From the NCBI GenBank assembly GCA_036850965.1, contig JAZGQO010000014.1, positions 6,726,208-6,790,207 on the forward strand: a stretch of DNA of 64,000 bases, written 5' to 3'. The notes beneath the pieces are model-generated. The model saw only the letters and a program-made list of their open reading frames with translations. It ran no database searches and was not told where the DNA came from. Positions 58,110 to 64,000 of the stretch are shown here, piece after piece (position 1 is the stretch's first letter; each line of letters begins with the position of its first letter). Position numbers and translations under genes: made by a program. The DNA is from Patella caerulea. Lineage: Eukaryota.

Positions 58110-58780
58110 GCAGTGGTTGCCATGCAAGATATGCCCACATTTTGCAAGAGATAGACAGGGAACAAACTAAAATGTAACCATGGGCCATAACCCAGCAAAT
58201 TATTCTCTGACATGCAACAAATATCACAGAAACCAAGATCTTTTGGATATAAACATATATTTAAATTTTCATCAAGATCAGGGTAACGGTGATACCTTTT
58301 CAAAAACTATTTTAAATTGAATACAAATTGTGACTTCTTAAGGGTCCACAAGCTTAAAATCTAATTAAAAACAATTAGGGGCCATAACCACAGAATTAAT
58401 TGAAACGAACAAAAACCTTTGTGATAAAAGGAAAATTTAATGTTTCATTAAAATTTTGACCTCTAGAGGTTCCAGCATCATTTAGCGACTGTGGCTTCCC
58501 TTTTGGGTTATAAACATACCTTTCAGTTTCATCAAAATCAGATAAAAATTGTGACCTGTAGTGTATGCACAAGCTAAAAATATTTTTTTTTCGTACATTT
58601 GGGGCTCATAATCTATAAAGTTGCGGTCTGGTGCCGATTTAGAAAGGAACTGACATCTTTGGGAGATAGACCATTATTTCAAGTTTAGTCTAAATTGGAT
58701 AAAAATTGTGACCTGTAGAGTGTCCACAAACAAATTATGGACGGACAGGGATGACGACACAATATGTCCACATGAAAAAG
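58110..58780 (-). mobile_element. Family-B/C MITE copy in reverse orientation (C terminus at the left, reverse-complemented A head at the right)
   Basis: catgcaagatatgcccacattttgcaagagatagacagggaacaaac at 58120-58170. gtgacctgtagagtgtccacaaacaaattatggacggacagggatgacgacacaatatgtccacatgaaaaag at 58710-58780. Confidence 0.65.
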
Positions 58781-60189
58781 TTATAAATTCAATATTTTCA
58801 ACAAAACTTGCAAATTTATATTTATAACAATATACAAATTGTGACACATCTTTTGTTAATTGTAACCTTTAAATTTCCTTACCTTTTAAATGTAATTAAA
58901 CTTTAATATTAAATTTGCAATTAAAGAGACATTAGCGTTTTCAGAACCTTTGTCAAAATTATAATTTTTAAATCAGAGATCTTATTACTGTAAATAAAAA
59001 AACTAACATAAACAATATAACACCAGAATATAGATTTTATGTTAAAGTGACACGATCTGACAAATGTATGCTTTCTCCAATGGGCTGAGATTCCTAATTA
59101 ATCATATATAATTCTTCTTTTGCAACACTCCTTTGAAGAATTTGAATAAAATCAAATGTAATGTCACTTAAGAGCTAAAATTTCCAAGGCTCATTACATA
59201 AAAGGTACAGGATATCCTGCATTAATTCAGCAGTTTGGCTGTTTGTCATGGTAATTTCCATAAATAGTTTTTTGAGATTTGTTTTCCCCCATTACCAATT
59301 TGTGTAGCAATAAATCTCACATACATGTACCTGAAATTTAGAGATCTATTTTTGTAACTTTACACTTAATTGAAAGGTTTTCGACTACATGTAAATTTTT
59401 ATATGTATATGTCTGACTTTTTACCTTTGCCATTGGGTGGCCATCAATTCTTCAGAAGATGATCTAATGCCTTCTAATAGAAAGCAAATGTTTAACTTCA
59501 ACGTCTAAGTATATATGGCGAAGCCAAATTTTCAAATAAAATATTGTGTAAAAAAAAAACTATACCAAATGATAAGTCATTTCTCAGTTTACTGGTAATC
59601 AAAGATAGGTTGCCAGGCAACAAAAATACGCACACAGCAGCTAAGTTGTCCGAAAAGAGTCAAATATTTTTTCTTTTGTTGGTAATGAAAAATCTGATTA
59701 AGAACAACAACCAATTAAGTAATTGCTCAGATTACCAGTATATATTCTAAGATAGGCAATAATTGAACAAATCATACACCCGCAGCAGCTAAGTCCTCCA
59801 ACGGGTGCCAAATATTTTCTTTTGTCAATAATGAAAACATTTACAACAAACTAAAATCTGAATAAGAGTTACATACAACGCATTAAGTAATTATCAGAAA
59901 TCATTAAAATTTGTTTGGCTTATAGTTGACGTTAAGTAACCAAACATTTCATATCATGAATTAACCTGTTCAGTAATTCTTTGTCTAATGACCTGTGTAT
60001 AAATTTAAAGTCAAAGAGATATTAACTTAAGGTCCTTGACTGAACCGGAAGAATGACGGACTATTGACAATGTACCACCACATTTCAATGTAGGCTTATA
60101 AAAATAGGCTGCAAATGGAGCCACCATGGACTTTTCTTCCCCACTTTGCTTAAGTACATCTAGCATGGTGATACCATTCAGATTTCTTA

Positions 60190-61340
60190 GAAAAGAATAT
60201 TCAAAAAGATAGGCTGGCACTGCCAGGCAGGATACGCCCACATTTTCAAGAGATGGATAGAGAACAAGCAATACCGAAAGTGATTTTTCCTACATCATTA
60301 AGTTAGAATTTGATATGTGCAAATATCGAAATGAATTAAGATCTTTGGGTTATAAAGGTTAATTTCAGTAGGCTTCAAATTCGACTGGGGATCATGTTGC
60401 TGAGTGGGTAAGATGCTGGCTCGGTAACCTTGAGGTTGGGTGTTTGATCCCTGCATTGGGTGACAAAGTTCATCTAGATTTTCTAGCGTGGTTTCCCCTT
60501 GTTCGTGATGAAGGATGGATGGCCTGACAAGAACAGCTGTCAATTTTAGTCATATTTTCAAGAAATTCGACCTCAAACTTCATTACGATCTAACAGTGAT
60601 ATAATCAAACGTTTTTTTAAATGGGATAATAATTCTGACCCCAGAGAGACCACAAGCTATAAAAAAGGTCATTTTTCGTACAATCAGGGGCCATAATTCA
60701 GGAAGTTACGATCCAATGGGCGCAAATATCAAAAAGAACCAAGATCTTTGGGTTATAAACATGCATGTCAAGTTTCATCAAAATCAGTTCAAAATTGTGA
60801 CCTCTGTAGGGTCCACAACCTTGATATAACATATTTTCACACTAATCGCGTACAAACGGCGGCCATTTTGTCTGTCAATTTTGGTCCAATTTTCACAAAA
60901 TTTTACCTCAATCTTCATTACCATGTAACGGTGTTATAATCAAACGTTTTTTTAAATCGGATAATAATTTTGACCTCCAGTGGGACCACAAGCTAAAAAG
61001 GGTGATTTTTCGTACAATCAGGGGCCATAATTCAGAAAGTTACGAACCGATGGGCGCAGATATCGAAAGGAACCAAGATCTTCGGGTTATAAACATGCAA
61101 GTCAAGTTTCATCACAATCGGTTCAAAACATGATATTTCGTACAATCAGGGGCCATAATCCATGAAGTTCCGATCAGATACATGCCAATATCGAAAGGAA
61201 CCGAGATCTTATGGGGATAAACCTATATTTCAAGTTTCGTCAAAAGAATTGTGACCTATAGAGAGTCCACAAACAAATTGTGGACGGACGGACAGGGGCG
61301 ACGACATAATACGTCCACATGAAAATGTGGGCGTATAAAA
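60190..61340 (-). mobile_element. Family-B/C MITE copy in reverse orientation, carrying a nested family-2 SINE (60360-60540, +)
   Basis: C terminus ggctggcactgccaggcaggatacgcccacattttcaagagatggatagagaacaagc at 60200-60260. Reverse-complemented head gtgacctatagagagtccacaaacaaattgtggacggacggacaggggcgacgacataatacgtccacatgaaaatgtgggcgtata at 61250-61335. Confidence 0.75.
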
Positions 61341-62089
61341 ATGAGAATATCATCTTAGACCACTGTCACCACTTCCTGTCCAATCAGACTAGTGGGTCAC
61401 AGTTTCTAAGATTTAGATCTCTTCTAGCTGGACTTGTTAGGCTATCTTTAAGGAAGACCCCTTGCTACTTCACTGCTTGCCATGATTTGTACACTTTATA
61501 ACTTATTATTTGAATGTTGTGAAAGTTTACTTATATTTAAATACTATTACAAGGACTTTGTGGGCCATAGAAGAGGAAGGTATAAAAAAATAGCATAATA
61601 GCAAATGCCTTAATGCAATAAGTGCATTCAAGATCAAGCTTTATAATGACAACATATACCACCACATTACATGAAATATAATGCATCATCTTAATCTAAA
61701 CATGCGTAGAATTCTTACACTAATTTCATAAATATAAAAAATATGGCTTATTATAACTTTCTTAAAATAAAAATGAAATCAACAACAAGGATAATATAGA
61801 GGAATGTTGACATGTCTATATGTGGAATGATCTGGTTAAAATAAATAACTAAATGAAATAAAACCAATAAAAAATATAATGGAATGTTGAGACAAGAGGT
61901 TATGGTTATTTGATCACAAGTGGAGATAACAGATATTATCAGCTGATATACATGTGTATATATATGAAACACAGGCGTATAATTAATGTATATGCACCTG
62001 GTATATTGACATTTTCTATAATTAATAACTTACTGCACTTTAACAATGCCTCTTTAAATATATATTAAATTCAAAACATAAATCATTAA

Positions 62090-62390
62090 ATACAACACTT
62101 AAATCATTATTAAATTCAAATCAATGATAAAATTTAAATCCATATCAAATTCATAATTGATATCAAATTCCAAATTTTTATCTCTGTTACATTTTAAAAA
62201 TTAAAAACTTTAATCAATATTAAATTCAAAATTTTAATCAATATTAAATTCAAAATTTAATCAAATTCATAATTTTAATCAATATTAAATTCAAAATTCT
62301 AATCAATATTGAATTCAAAATTTTAATCAATATTAAATTCAAAATTTTAATCATTGAACGCAAAACTTTTAATTAATTTTAAAATAGGAT
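62090..62390 (+). repeat. AT-rich minisatellite, unit of about 23-24 bp (AATCAATATTAAATTCAAAATTTT), about 10 copies
   Basis: aaattttaatcaatattaaattcaaaattttaatcaatattaaattcaaaatttaatcaaattcataattttaatcaatattaaattc.... Confidence 0.85.
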
Positions 62391-63456
62391 ATACAAATTA
62401 ATGAATATTCAAAGCAATTGGTTCATTCTGGGTTAAGATTAACAACCAGATAGCAACTAGAATAATATGTTTACTTTTCCTTTCAAAGCTATTCTATAAT
62501 AAATACACAGGTAACATAAATAATTATCAGTTTCAGTTAACATATTATAATACCTGCATATTACTAGCTTTTTCAGAAAACATGTCCTTGATGTTGTTTC
62601 CTTTACGAACAGGGAACTCAAAGGTAGCTAAAACTTGTGTAGCAATTGAAATAGCCACTATCTTGTATTTATTCAATAGTAGTTTTGTGAGCCTGTTATT
62701 TGAGTTCATGGCATCTTTTCTAAAAACGGATGTAAGGAATAATCTTGTTCAATATCTCCATATTATCAGATATCTTTAAATAACACATTATAAGAAAGTT
62801 TTAAAAATAAGACAATAATATATTCTCTATTTTCCAATTCTTAATATGAGTAGATAAAATAATATTTTGGAATCAACTAACAGTGGTTTGTACATTAGTA
62901 CATGCATGAATTTCCGATGTAATAAAACCATGAAAGACTAAATATATCTTGAATTATCTTTGTATATAACCTATTTCAACTACATAAAACGACTAGATAA
63001 AACAATTATAACAAAATCCATAAAGATTTAACAAAAACATAAAAACTGAGATAAGTTTTCTGATATATTACTAACAATTAAATAAAACAAAATATTTATA
63101 GTAAAACCAGTTAATTTTCTGTCCCAAGATATTAAACATATTCATCACATAAATTTTAAATTACCGTAAGTGAGTTGTCTATAATAAAACCAGTTATAGT
63201 ATAACAATATTTGGAATAGGCATCATATGTATCATAAAACTGATAAGGATCTTGTATATGATACAAATGTATACCTCTGTTATACATAATTACAAACATG
63301 AGTTTGTTCGTCAGATAAAATCCTGTTTAACAAATAACAAATCATTAACATCACATCAGAGTATAATGCTGCTTAAGGAAATTAAAACCATCATTATCAA
63401 TTAAAGATTGAATGATATAGAATACAAGGTGTGAACAATAAATTAACTGAAGAACA

Positions 63457-64000
63457 TTATACGACCTTTTGAGTGACATTTGGAGAAAGAGCACTAGAAA
63501 GTTTATTAATTATTTTCATTGAAAAATCATACCGATCTTTAAGCTCATCATAGTATCTAAAGATGGTCGTGTCTTTCTCAAACTGACTACATTTCATACC
63601 ATAATTTCCTATACATTTTCTATAATGATGTAAGTACGCCAATTCAGGTTTAAATTTTTGAACAGACCATTTTTCTTCATTTTGTTTACTGACGTGATGA
63701 ATTCCCACTTCAAACACTCGCTGTGGTTTAACCATGATCTTAGTCCTAACATGACTAAAGAGTTTGGTGCGACCTGTGATACTCATAGTCTGTAAGCCTG
63801 ATGGATGTGTCACACCAATAGCAGGATCATAGAAAGCACTAGAGAAGGCGATGCCGCAATACTGATCTTTAAACACACTAGGAAATAAATCCTTCCAATA
63901 TTTAGCACTGGTATGGGGTATGACAAATTCATCTATATCATTGAATAATACATGTTCTAACGTACTCATGCTGCGATATAAACAATCATTGTGGGCTATA
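63457..64000 (-). CDS. Partial CDS (C-terminal part): glycosyltransferase family 92 (DUF23)-like protein. Reading frame stays open to the window edge
   Basis: ORF 63457..63969 (170 aa) stays open upstream to position 64000 (IAHNDCLYRS-MSTLEHVLFNDIDEFVIPH...). The DIDEF (DxD-like) and LHHYR motifs are reminiscent of Pfam Glyco_transf_92, recalled from memory. Confidence 0.4.
   Translation of the reverse strand, partial: IAHNDCLYRSMSTLEHVLFNDIDEFVIPHTSAKYWKDLFPSVFKDQYCGIAFSSAFYDPAIGVTHPSGLQTMSITGRTKLFSHVRTKIMVKPQRVFEVGIHHVSKQNEEKWSVQKFKPELAYLHHYRKCIGNYGMKCSQFEKDTTIFRYYDELKDRYDFSMKIINKLSSALSPNVTQKVV

Noticed and set aside
1-64000. Search for a prokaryotic-style multi-gene system (defence island, toxin-antitoxin, operon)
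   Set aside because: Every well-supported ORF chain is interrupted by GT-AG introns and the region is dominated by metazoan-type repeats. There are no compact operon-like gene clusters, so no such system is called.

Overview
The window is AT-rich eukaryotic (metazoan) genomic DNA, not prokaryotic. No operons, CRISPR arrays or defence islands are present. The repeat landscape points to a mollusc, probably a bivalve (mussel/oyster-like). This rests on dense MITE-like elements carrying internal 150-330 bp satellite arrays, tRNA-derived SINEs and minisatellites. That identification is an inference, not verified. One large multi-exon gene dominates the window, from about 9.8 kb to 54.2 kb on the + strand. 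It is an ortholog-like copy of vertebrate PARP4 (vault poly-ADP-ribose polymerase). I reconstructed 34 coding exons with canonical GT/AG boundaries and consistent intron phases throughout. They encode BRCT, the PARP catalytic core (H-Y-E retained), VIT and vWA domains, then a long low-complexity linker, then a conserved C-terminal region corresponding to the vault-binding region of human PARP4. The most unusual part is the linker. Two exons encode a poly-proline tract followed by a near-canonical WH2 actin-binding motif (LIKNIQAGSLLGKVEHQ). A single 1.8 kb exon encodes three roughly 100-aa FG-repeat modules (SGFSGFGST...FSDFG), a Q-rich patch and poly-Pro runs. A duplicated 75-nt symmetric candidate cassette exon lies in the same region. 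Introns are packed with nested mobile elements whose insertion boundaries can be read directly from filled and empty sites in the window. These include a 2.9 kb TIR element with 16-bp perfect TIRs inserted into a satellite array. A hAT-like 1.1 kb MITE with an 8-bp TSD is inserted into another element. A 2.2 kb MITE is inserted into one copy of a 0.8 kb segmental duplication. A partial glycosyltransferase-family-92-like CDS lies on the minus strand at the 3' edge of the window. All protein comparisons are from memory of human PARP4 and need BLAST/HMM confirmation.
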